Assembly: GCF_964355755.1 (NCBI RefSeq)
Contig: NC_092673.1
Location: forward strand, 15,720,948-15,784,947
Origin: Antedon mediterranea
Taxonomy: Eukaryota > Animalia > Echinodermata
DNA length: 64,000 nucleotides
Direction of reading: 5' to 3'
Shown here: positions 13,736 through 25,800 of the stretch, piece by piece
Layout: the number at the start of each line of letters is the position of its first letter
Numbering within the stretch: the stretch's first letter is position 1
Program-made: the position numbers and the translations under genes
Notes under the pieces: generated by a model
What the model was told of the DNA's origin: nothing
Databases searched by the model: none
The model's input: the letters and a program-made list of their open reading frames with translations, nothing else

Positions 13736-15345
13736 ATACCACTAGAGAGCCAACACAATCACAGTTCAAAAAGAAAGAGACCATTTAATATTGAAGCATA
13801 CTGAATCGGCCAATCAAATATGCCCGTTTGAAATTGCACCCACTACTCAGTCCAAGAAATAGGCTCGCCAGTGTAGCATAGCAAAAAAGATACAAAACTA
13901 CCTTTGCTATATATTTAAAATTTTCCCTGCAGTCACGCTCAACTGATTTTATCGAGCAGAACATTTACTATAAACAAAATTATTACCGTAATTAATTTTC
14001 ATAACAATGGAATAAATTTGACAAAAATATGTGTTCTGATACATACAGTGGTTCTGAATAATTTTTGTAATCAATATTTTTATATACTAATATTGTTGAA
14101 CTGATATGGTGGTCATTTTGTAGTCTCTTCCATGTTTGCATCAGTCCCCTAGTAATGGTGGCAATATGTACTGGCATTGTGGCAACACATCTTATTGTAT
14201 ACTGTACTTAGTGTATTGATTATGTGTACCATAAATTTGTTTAATTTTCATACAAACTGAGCGATAGTTCTTGGAGGGGATTCTGAGGTGGGTAATATTA
14301 TCTATAAAAATTGGTATGCACAGTGAAAAAAAAAAATTAAAATTAATTTAATTTGAGTGCATATTTTTCCTTCTATCAGATTCAGCCTTATGACTGTATT
14401 GCTACAAATTGTATCTAACCTGCCTGCACAAACATTCCATCAAACTGTACATTAGGATTTGTTAATATTTTTAATGTTTCTTGAACAATTATTAAATATA
14501 AAGTACTTTAGCCTCAAATTCTAGAAATAAGAGATTAAATGCCTACAGGATACAATAATATCTTGCTAGTATATTATGTCTCAGCTGCAGGGAAGTCATT
14601 TTGCTGGAGTAATTAAAAACACTAATTCAAATTAAGTGGGAAAATGTTCGCATTACTCGGCTATTCAGAATATTATGATTGGACGGATGTAGGTGTACTA
14701 AAGTTGGTTTTATGGATAGATGGTGTAAAAAGATCATCTTAACCTGAAATCATTCATAAAATCGTGCCTTAAGCCTGACTTGGCCTCAAATGTTTGCATC
14801 ATCAAACAATTCGTAAGGGCATAATCTATAATGAAAATACAATTAAATGGTTATCGCTGATGATATTCATAAAACTTCTTTCACTCGTATTACGAATCGC
14901 GTTAAATTAGATTCTGACTAACCTAAATCTTGCACTACATTGTACAAATATAACAATTAGGTAAATAAATAAAAAGAATGTTATTTATTTTTAATAACAA
15001 TCCATCTGGATAAAATTATTACTAAAAAATTATTTAGATTTTAGAATAATTCATGCACAGGGTCATTGGCACATGTAAAATGAGACACAGTAGAAAAATA
15101 AATACACAGAAAAAATGATGAAATGAGAAAATTAGCATGGCAAGTGTGGCAACAGATGGATAAAAGAAGAATTATTGTTAGAGCGAACGACAATGGAAAG
15201 TATTTTACTCGCCTACACAGTTATTTTGATGGTGGTAGTGCATTCACCTTTCAAGTGGAGATTTAATTTTGTTTAAAGTTACTCAGGTGTACATAATACA
15301 TTATAAATTTTGTTTCTTTTTTGTTGCAATATGTACTACTACTCT

Positions 15346-15494
15346 AAAGCTCTGTCTACACTATCAAACTAGTTTGACAATAACAAAATGATGTGCCCAA
15401 ATATGGTAGTGATATGACATCATTGTGTTCATACAGTATTATGGGCACATCATATTTGTTTGTCACATAAAGTTTGATAGTGTAGATGGAGCTT
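15346..15494. mobile_element. ~150-bp MITE family copy
   Basis: aagctctgtctacactatcaaact...agtttgatagtgtagatggagctt. Confidence 0.75.
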
Positions 15495-17480
15495 AATAAA
15501 AAAAGTCTTGTAATTATATAACTAACATTAAATTCAATCCAAGAAAATCTCCATATTTATCATTCTTTCTACCTATCTTCTGAATATATATTTTGACAGT
15601 TAACGTTCATAAAAAAGCGTGGTTCTCTGGGACAAAATTTGACCAATTGCAATTAAAAGATAAAAAAAACTCATTACGTTGTTGCGTTAAAGTATCCAAT
15701 TGGGAACCAAGCTTAACTGATTACTTGACTAAAACATCATCCTTTATAATTGTAGTGAAAGTAGGTGCTGGTAAAGGTCAAAGGTCAATTCATAACCCAT
15801 TTTGAAATTGGTTTTGAAAAGGTTTTATTATATTTGTAAAAATTAAAGTTTATTAATATTTTTATTTAAATGTTTACAAGTTTCTTTACAAATAAAATCA
15901 TGTAAAGCACAGACTGTTGAGTTATTCGTTTAAATCATTTACATTCTTGTTGTTGTGGCAAAACCCAAATATAATTTATTAGTATATATTTTTAGGTTAA
16001 TTTGAGTTGTGGGAACCTTGCAGCGAGGTTTGCTGTAAGCAATGTCTTTAAACACCAACACTGCTCTCATATTTTGACAATTAATATGAGGTGTAAATAC
16101 TGAAATGTAATTTATTAGCAGTATTGAATTTGTTCCGTTTGGGAAATGACCGGACACCGATCTAGTTTTTTTATTTACACTGTTGTTGAAAATGTATGAA
16201 GAATGAAAAACAAATAAGGAAATGCTTGAAAAAAAATCTCAATGCACTGTAAAAGTACACTTAGCATTTAATGCAGTCTGTAAGATTCGGAAACATAGTA
16301 TGAAATGAAATTGCTTTGTGCAGAACATAGTTCAGACTCTTAACAAACGCTTTTGATACAAAATGATGTCGCAGATTAGCAGAAGATCCGTCCATTATTT
16401 TGGTTGGAGGTAAAATTGTTGGTGCATGAATTTCATATAATAGCATAAAGAATAAAAGTCGATGTTGTAAGATTATTATTTTATTCCATTCAGTAAAGAC
16501 AATACAAACATAACAAAAGCTGTCAAAGGGTGTGCCTCTCCAACTCCAAAATTCATACAGATATGCACTAAAAACTAATTATTGTATTCCACTATAAAAG
16601 AAAAAAAAATGTGGCTTCCACTAATATTTTATTGGTACAGAGCTATGGAATTGTGCACTGCATATACGATACGAAAGCATATCTCTGTAGGTCTGTACAG
16701 GCCCTAAGTTCTAATTTGCCAACTATAGGTCTGAACTAGGGAAGAGTAATGTAATTTTACTCTTCCCTGATCTGAACAGACCTCAAGCCCTAATTAGGCC
16801 AACTGTTAGAGCACAAACATTTTAACTCATTTGATCATAATACTTTAAAGTAAATATTATCTTGTGTATAAAAACAAATTTAGAAAAACAAATTTGGAAA
16901 AAAAATAGTGTAATTTCATTCTTTATATATATAACTGGATTTGTAACAGAAAGATTTGCCTTTTATAGTAAATCATGTTTGTTGTGCATACATCTTATTT
17001 CATCCACCACTTCCATCAATCTGTTCACTACACGGTGGAATGGCCAAACTGTAGTTTGATTCTTCAAGGATGTATCATTTTTTTTAGTGTTTAGATATTG
17101 AGAGGGTTATAAAATTTGACAGAGTTCATCTGATTTGATCTTGTTTACATGATCGAGATCAAAACCAGGATTTCAAAAATTTCAACAGCAGCGAGTAAAT
17201 AAAGTCAAGGACACTAAACTAAGCCAAGCGAAAGAAAATCGTTCACTTATTTGTGAACAACAAAGGCTTAAATGGTAAGATTTTCAGCAGGTAAACAGGT
17301 AAATACAGTCGTGTCGTCTTCTAAAGTACAAAGAACTCTTGTATATATAATATTTTGATGAACAAAGCAAATAAATTCATAATTTTCAGTCTTTTATTGA
17401 GTTTCAAATTGTTTAAGGGGTCTATGATTGACAAACCAGTTGATTATTAGTTTATTTTGGATATTGTCAAGAATCAATAA

Positions 17481-20400
17481 TCAGCTTAGGTTAGCTCTAA
17501 CAATATCAAAGTTATTGAATGCTAACCCACATTCAGTACATGCATCATTACCTCGGTCTGTCACACATTGTCTGCACATAAGGTGGTGACAGGGAAGACG
17601 ATAAAACACAACATTTCTAGTAGTAGGTTCTGAATGGCAGGACACGCAAAAATGGATAGCTGCTTCTGTAAAAATAAATAATAAATGAATATTAAATAAA
17701 TTTATTCATATTTAGCAATGTTTTAATTATTACCATTTTTGTATTGCATACAATTATTAGATTACTGAGGCACAATTGACACATGTTGGTTTTATTATGT
17801 CCTGCCCCATAAAACACGAATATGTTTAGAGAACACTAATTTTTATGCCAAAATGTACGGATTGTTGTCCCAAAAGTTACTTGTAAGAATAATTGAATTT
17901 CTTATTGATCTTGAATGGAAGCCTAGACATTTCAACATTCAACAATTTGTCTGCAAGCAATACTATAAAATCTTATCCTAAAGAAGAACTTTAAAAATCC
18001 CAAACCCAATATTAATTCCCATCACAGGGTTCTGAATTCTGATAGGTTAATTAAATCAATGAAAACATCATTAAACATTCCGGTCTTGTCTTTTTTGTAT
18101 CCTCATAATCTGTACAGGATCTACTCGGTACCTGATTGAAATATACAAACAAATCGTACGTTTATCATATTTATTTGAGTACATGTGCCGCTTTGAATAA
18201 ACTCCCTCTCCCTACCACTATAGAACATCATTTTGAATAAACGCCCCTCCTCCCTCTAAAAAATTCCCACGGGCCCTTATTTATTCCCTCGAATAAACGA
18301 TTCGCCACATGCAACACAATACTGTATTACAACACATTTTTATTTGTAGTAGAATTCATTGATCTACAATTTATCATAATTAAATTATCTTGATAACATT
18401 TTTACTATATTTTATAACTTCTCGATATCAATTGTGTTGTATTTGTTTATATCTGGGGGTATTTATTTCATTATACATGTGTTACCATATTAAACCCAAA
18501 AAAATAAATTCCTCCCCTGAATAAATGCCTCCCTAAAAACCGTCCTGAACAATAAATGCCCCGGGGCATTTATTCGAATAAATATAATAGGTTTTTATAA
18601 CAAGTAGTAATGCGAACCAGAAAAATTTAAGTACAATTTCTAATTCACCCAGCATACTAGCTACTAACTACCTGTTAAGTTTTCCAATCAAAACATTGCA
18701 AGGAAGGCAAGGTTATAGTACCTATGAGTTCCTTTAGGCTCTATTGCACCTGTGTTTGATCAAAGGATGTACAATGGACAAATATTTGCTTTAAACTGAT
18801 ATTGTAAGAACGGAAGCCTGCTGAGCGATAGATTCTTATTTCCTGACCTGGGGTCATGTTTCTTTCCCAGATTCTAGTCTTTAATTCCAGACACTAATTT
18901 CAAATAAATACACATTTTTTTGGTTACATTGTTAGATAATGATATTTGTCTACACTGTCAAACTAGTTTGACCAAAAAGTTTGATGTACCATGCCCAAAT
19001 ATGATACTGATATTCCCAAATACGGTAGTAAAATTACATCATCATGTCCATATATGGGCACATCTCATTTTTTGTCACATAAAAAGACAGAGCCTTACAT
19101 TACCTGTACAATTTGGAATATTAACTTGTCTGTAGTTTGGTCTTGCTGCTTCGATATTTTTCATTGCTTCCTCCAAACTATCTGCTAGCTTTTGTTCATG
19201 GGTAGTACTAGTAGCTAACAAAAGAAAAACAAACAACTATATAAACATTACAATTAATTAAGGGTGGATTAAGGAAGTCAAGATTTCTTGCCATAAATGT
19301 CAGGAGGTGTTTTTCTGAATGAACACAACATCGAAACAGTACTGGGTGCGTCCAACGAGCGTTCAAGTCATCCATATGGGAAGTACTGAAGAAGTCAATC
19401 TATGGCGACTTTTTTTTTAGTTGAATAATAGAAGTTTTGAATATTTATTTTTTGTTTTGTTTTGATTTGTTAAAAATGTTAATGTACATTATAATTTTCT
19501 ATAGATTAAATTGATCGATAACTGAGGACTACAAAAAACACAAGCGAATAATAATATCACTGGTTGCCTACATATTCATGCAAACAAACCAAATATATTT
19601 CTTAACTTTATTTACCTGTTTGTGTTTTACTGATTTTGTTTTTAGAAATGTGTTCATCTATTGCTTTGCAGTTTCTTTGTATAGCCATGGGTTGTACATT
19701 TGCAGACACAGCCCTGTAAGTATGCTTGTCTAGTCTACCTGAACTTGAGCTTGCAATACCATTCTCAATTTTTAATCTCTTTGGTTTACTTTCTAAAAGT
19801 GACTGACATTTTCCATTTGATATTGTATCAACTTTGTTTTTGCTCCTTGTAATTTTAGAAACATTTGCTTCAATGTTTGTCTTTAACCTACCAGAGGTTC
19901 GCGGAACTGTATCAAATTCCTTACCGGCTGTTAACAGAAACTTATCAATACGAGTTTTAAGTCCTGCATTAGGTATTGGCTTAGAAGTACTTGAGAAAGG
20001 AACACCAGTGAAAGGGTCAGCTTTTGCCCGACCCCACTGAGCATTAGATATTTCAAAGCGATCCAAGGTTGACTGGTCAACAGTGTAACCAGAAGGAAGT
20101 AGAACAGGTAGTGCCATGACCTCAAATGTAATGGGGTCAATGAACTCTTCAGGGCATTTTGCTTCACTTATTTTTTCAGGTTTACTTGCAAATGAAACAC
20201 AGTCAGTGGAGTCTTTAAGTACCTCCTTCTTTTTCGGAAGTTCTTTTGGTAGTTTTAAACTTGTAAAAATTGTTATGATTGAATTAAGTACAGTTTGGTT
20301 GTTTGAGAAGGAAGGTTGCCCCCAAACTTCAAGCTTTCTTAAACACGGCACTGTTGCACCAAAAACACGAACAATTCGTATGGTCATGTGACTGACATCT

Positions 20401-20906
20401 GTTAATGCCTTGCTTCGATGATGATGTAATTGTCTTGTAATTATGTTGTCTTCATGGTTTGCAAGGTTGCCGGAGAAATCGTTGAACGGTTTCCTGGCAT
20501 TGAATTTCTTATTTTCAAAATAGAATAATTTTATATCTGGATTCTGAGAAAATCCTTTACCGACTAACACCTGTGAATCATATGAAGTTACTATTGAACC
20601 TTCATCTGCACGACTGTCACGGTTCAATGATCTTTTGTTACTTGGAACAGACTTGGTATATATTTCAAAAGAAGATGAGCATTGCCTGCCAACAGAGGGT
20701 GCTATAACTACACTATAAACTGAAATGTTGCAAACAAATTCCAGAGTAATAGATAATGGAGGTTTCATGAAACTTTCAGCCATAAATCCTTGGTTAAATT
20801 TTCTAAAATCTGGACTTATCAAATTACTGATTTCATATCCATCAGCAGAAACAGTTGACGTTTTTATTTTTGGTTTGTACATGGGAAGGCAGAAATTGAT
20901 GGCCAT
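17481..20906 (-). CDS. UBOX5: U-box domain-containing protein 5 / RING finger protein 37
   Basis: Exons 20906-19616, 19214-19104, 17665-17481 give 528 aa. N-terminus MAINFCLP...SADGYEISNLIS...FMAESFMKPP; U-box CPEEFIDPITFEVMALPVLLPSG...DPFTG; C-terminal RING CVSC...LPCHHLMCRQC...CTEC. Confidence 0.93.
18170..18590. mobile_element. Degenerate Tc1/pogo-type MITE with repeated gaataaacgccc motifs
   Basis: Multiple direct gaataaa(c/t)gcc motifs and an inverted gggcatttattcgaata at the right end. Confidence 0.45.
18947..19096. mobile_element. ~150-bp MITE family copy
   Basis: tgtctacactgtcaaactagtttg...cccaaatatg...gggcacatc...gacagagcc. Confidence 0.65.
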
Positions 20907-21510
20907 TCTTGCTTTAAAACCTAAAAAAAAAACACTATTATTATTAAGTAACGTTGTTTGTTGAACATCTTAATTAATTTAATATAATCTTTTTATTAAT
21001 ATTAATAAAACTGTGATAAAAAAATTACAGTATCCAGCCTGTAGCAATCATAATATAAAATAAAATTAGGCCTAGGCCTAGCCTAAACATAGCCTAGCTA
21101 GGCCTAAAAAAACATACATTTTAGTGCTTTATTTTATTTATTTATTTTATTTAGACTCTAAGGCTAGCATAGGCTAGTAGTAGGTAGGGCCTGAGTGAGA
21201 GGCTAGATGAGGGGATTGCCGACTGAGGAGTGAGAGGCCTCTAAAAAAGGCTAGAAAGTAGGCCTCTGAATGCCTGCCCTAGCATACTGTAGCTAGTAGT
21301 CTCTAGTATAGTAGTAGTAGGCCCTCTAGGCCCTAACTAGCTAGGCCTAGCCTAGGCCTGGGCTAGTTGTAGGCATAGCCTACCCTAGCTAGTTAGTAGT
21401 AGCAAGGTAGTAGTAGTACTAGGCCTATTCTGAAATATAAAGTTGAAATTGTATTACCAAACAATTGCTTAACTAAAAGCAGGCCTAGCTAGCTAGGCCG
21501 CCCGCCTCAC

Positions 21511-21785
21511 TCTTTTTGCTCATCAATCACGACTATAATTATGATTATTCGACTGCTCTATTTTGAGGAGACTAGCTCTTCGGTGTTCACTGCACTGTGT
21601 GTACAGTGGATCTTTTTTGTTTCCACGCTCTCGACCACCACCAATCGAACATAATTACTGCTTGTAAAAGATGATTGAGGGCGCTAATTTAAAAAAAACA
21701 AAAAGTTAATAACATTTCTACATTTTTTTCGTTTGTTTTCTATTGATTTTTTACGTAATTATTCAATTTTAGTTATCCGGACTAG
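21511..21785. promoter_or_regulatory. Probable bidirectional promoter / first non-coding exons of UBOX5 (-) and IDUA (+)
   Basis: Divergent genes; minus-strand donor gtgagg at 21510 and plus-strand donor ag|gtaagt at 21786; flanked both sides by TAGGCCTA/CTAG-rich tracts. TSS positions are inferred. Confidence 0.55.
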
Positions 21786-22721
21786 GTAAGTATAATGTTA
21801 TATTATATTGTGTCGCCTACCATTGCCTTCTTCCCGTCATTACTAAATATATGGCTCTTTTTTTCTAGGATCTAGCCTAGGCCTAGGCTAGGCAGGCCTA
21901 AAAGGCTTGGCTAGTCTTCTTCTATAGGCTAGGCCTAGCCATGGCGTTAGCTAACGCCTAGCTAGCTAGATAGGCCTAGCTAGTAGGAGGTCCTAACACT
22001 AGGTTTGGAAAAGTTAAGCATGTAATTAGCACGAATTTCGGATGATTTAACCCCGAGAAGATTCGGCCCACTTTTGGGCCAAACAAAGACCCACTTTTTA
22101 GAAGTTTAGTCTTTGTTGAGTCAAAACGTCACCAAACCAATGATTGTTAATATTAATTTAATATAGCCTACATTTTTGTGGTATAGGCCTAGGCCTACTT
22201 TACTAAATACTATATATAGTCTATAGTATAGTATTTTTCAAGTTTTTAGGTGCATACCTTTCGCTTTTAAGAAAGATGTCGATGTCAAATGGAGCGACAA
22301 AACTCGAAAAGACAAACAAAACCACTGGGAATTACTACTTAAAACCACAAAACCTTTTGGACTTAACATTAGAAACATACTCCCAGATCGGTAAAATTAT
22401 TCCTTTGACTACCTAAATTTAAGTTTCAATATTAACCAGCATTTGAGTTGTTTTTCAGTTAAATTAAAGACTTCTTACAGGTTAGACCGCAATATATGGT
22501 CTATAGTATAGACTACTTGCTATGTCACAAATTATAGCCAGCTAAAGTGCTAAGACTGTTTATAGCCCCATGACGTTTTATTCTGAATATTGATTAACTT
22601 TATATTACTTGTAATTCTAACTTTACAAATCTTGTCTCCATTTTTTTCCCCACTCATGTTTAAATTAACTTGACAATTTATTTAATTTTACCTTTTTAGA
22701 TGGTGAGCTCTGTTCATCAAA

Positions 22722-22855
22722 ATGTCATATTTTAACACAGTTTGCATGTGTTGTTTATTGCTTGGTTCAGTATTAGCCGACAACTATGTATTTGAAGTAG
22801 ACAGTAGTACAGTTGTAGCGAACATGGATCATTTCTGGGAGAGCACTGGTTTTTG
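22722..22855 (+). CDS. IDUA: IDUA coding exon 1 (signal peptide ... HFWESTGFC)
   Basis: ATG 22722, in-frame upstream TGA at 22704, donor gtaag. Confidence 0.88.
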
Positions 22856-25800
22856 GTAAGGTTGACACATCTTCAAAATGGCTACCTTATTTTAATCATA
22901 CAAAGCTATACTAGATAAATGCTATTCAAGCAAACAAAAGGAGAGTTGCCAACTGGGTGGCAATTCTTTGAATGGTATTGACGGTTGGAAGGTCTAAGGG
23001 TACTGTATGTTCAGACTCACGCAAAACGTACGGTAATCCGTTAAATGTTAAGGTGTTCAAACACAACGATCAATATTTCAATGCCTTGTATTTAAAGCAG
23101 GTAGAACTATGTACGTTCATGGCAAACTGCCTTAGCTTTCTAACGCTAATCTGTGGCATAGTTCAGACACAAAAATATGTACGCCACTTACTGTACATAA
23201 CGCTACAGTACCTTAACTGCATGAGTCTGAACATACCCTAAGAAGCTTTAGGTTTGGTAGAGATCTCAAGATTTGAATTGCTATATGAAGTAAAATGTTT
23301 ATTTTATTTGTTTAATTTTCAGCCCTCCAGATCCGCACCAGGATGGGTTTAAATATATGCTGAGCAATGATGAAAAACAAAACTTAGCTTACATTGGCTC
23401 TACACCTCAAGCTGGTATAAAACAAGTACGAATACATTGGCTTCTAGACTTAGTAACTGTTAAGTAAGTGATTGAAATGACTTTGTCAATAGAACCCCTA
23501 TTAAAATCGGTGTTTCTTTGTAAACAAATCCAAGTTTCACGGACATATCAACCAAATCTTTAGTCGTATGTTTATCATTCAAATCTTTCATGTTTATTGA
23601 AAGTTGATTTACTTTTAAGCTATCATAAATACATTTTCCCAACAAAATCATAGCATTTATGTATTTTACTGGTGTGTCTTCAAATTTAGAAAGCTTTGCG
23701 AATTGTTCTTGTTTGTTGAACTGATTTAAAATGTTACGAAATATTTCTTTAAAAAGTTCAGCTTTATCTTTAGGAATGCTTTGCCTGTCTTGCCGTAGCA
23801 AACAGATTGAAAAAAGCAGCATTGGATTTTTGCACATTGAATATACGTCTTCATGTTTACGTGTTCGCGAAGACCCATTGCCTATGAAAATATCTAATTC
23901 CTTTCTAAGGGATTTTCCCAATTCTGGTTTTCAAAATACTCAAAATGTTTGTCAATATACTTTCCTATGCTCTCGTTATTAAATCCCTTAACCCTTACAT
24001 GTACGTCACTCTCTTTTACAAATTCATCTATGTTTTCAGATCGTGAAGTAAGTATCACAGTACTGTTTTTTAAGTTGTTCTTTTTGAACAGACTAATTAC
24101 GCTTGGATTATTAAATCTTAATTCATCTAACCCATCTAGTAGCAGTACAACTTTATCGTCATTTTTCTTAATGAATTTCTTAATTAACCGTGGGTCCTCT
24201 GGGAGATCTGTATCTAAATTAAAATCTGTCATATCAATTTGCTTTACAATTTGATCGAAAATGTTGTCATCCTTTTCTAAATCCCTTACACTTAAAAGAA
24301 ATATAATTTTACCTTCAAATAATTTAATTGATTGAGTAGCCGTAGCCCAGTTGTATGATAAATGCCTTAATATGGTAGTTTTACCTATCCCACCCTCGCC
24401 ATCTATAAGAGCTCTGCATCCAGGTGTGGATTTGATAACATCTACCACTTCTGTTAATGTTGTTGGTTTGCAGTCTTCATTCTTGTCACCTTCTTTCAGT
24501 AGTTCCAAATCAGTGAACATCTGCGAAATGTCAACTGTGTATCTACCACGCATTGTTGCTGGTGTAAATTTACTGGCCTACAGTAGATGCACAATTTCTT
24601 TTGTCTTTGAAGCAGATATTCTTCAATCTTGTCTAGATGCGAAGAGAAATGGCAAAAACAACATTTAGTAAAATAAATGTATTTTATTTAATAAGGGCCT
24701 TGCAATTTCTAGTACTGTAATACAATAAAGTATTAAATAAGTAAGTAAACCAAGAGGGACCGGCGAGAAACATAATTTATTATCAATCAGAAATAAAACT
24801 CGGTTAAACGACTGATGGTCAATGTAGAGCAATCCACAGTTTATGTTAAAACTTCCAGCTGTCTTACATTAGCTATGAGGCAATTTTTTTTACTCTAATA
24901 AGCTGTTGATGTTTCAATATTAGTAGCTAGCTGGAGGTTTTTACTAAAAGCATGTATTCATTTGTTGTAGGTGAAATAAAAAGTGAGTTGTACAGTAGTA
25001 TAACAAAATAATATTTTTCAGGCATCTCAGTACAACTTTTGTTCTTAATACGAAAGCAATAACAAATAACAGAAATAATAGAAATTGCGTTCAAAGTGAT
25101 AGTTTTGACAATTAAATTTAATTTTAAAATGTAAATAAATTTGCTTTTATTCAAAATTGAAATATTGCACTCGTGTTCGAATTACTTTAATTTAAAACCT
25201 TGCCATTTATCCTAAATTAAAATTAACTGGTAATTATCGTGGAGCTGATGTTGTAAACACACGTTTGCAATATTAAATGTAATTGATTTTACGTATTCTA
25301 TTCTTTGGTCTTTCGTGAAAGAGTTAAATGATACACGCCCAGGGTGTGACGTTTTTTTTAATTATTTTTAAATACCATGCATGTATGTTATTAGGTTAAA
25401 AGGCTATTTGTTCGTAAGAATTCACAATTCTCTACGTCATAATCACATTCATTTATGATTGTCCACAATTTTATGGCAAATGCCATGATACAATTTGTGC
25501 ATTTATAGGCCTTTATGCTGTATCCATGAAAATAAAAGGGATTATAGAGGGCGGCATACATAATATATCATTAATCAGAATGAAATTTTAACCATGTTAT
25601 TTGAACTAAGATGATTATAAGTACAGTACATATTGGCGTGAAATAGTACGGTGAATTACTATTTTTTAATTTGATTACAAAATCTCATTATTTTATGAAG
25701 ACATTTTATTTTCAAATTAATTATAATTAAATGAGTAAAATTAAAGTACGATTATTCATTCAATCTTTTATTTCGGAATCTCTGGTCCATAGAAAGTAAA

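Noticed and set aside
16962-17048. Candidate extra UBOX5 terminal exon (VWPFHRVVNRLMEVVDEIRCMHNKHDLL*) via a donor at 17551
   Set aside because: Read-through at 17552 completes the RING (CTEC) and ends normally at 17481; the acceptor lacks a pyrimidine tract.
19834-20964. Plus-strand ORFs overlapping UBOX5
   Set aside because: Antisense shadows of the UBOX5 exon.
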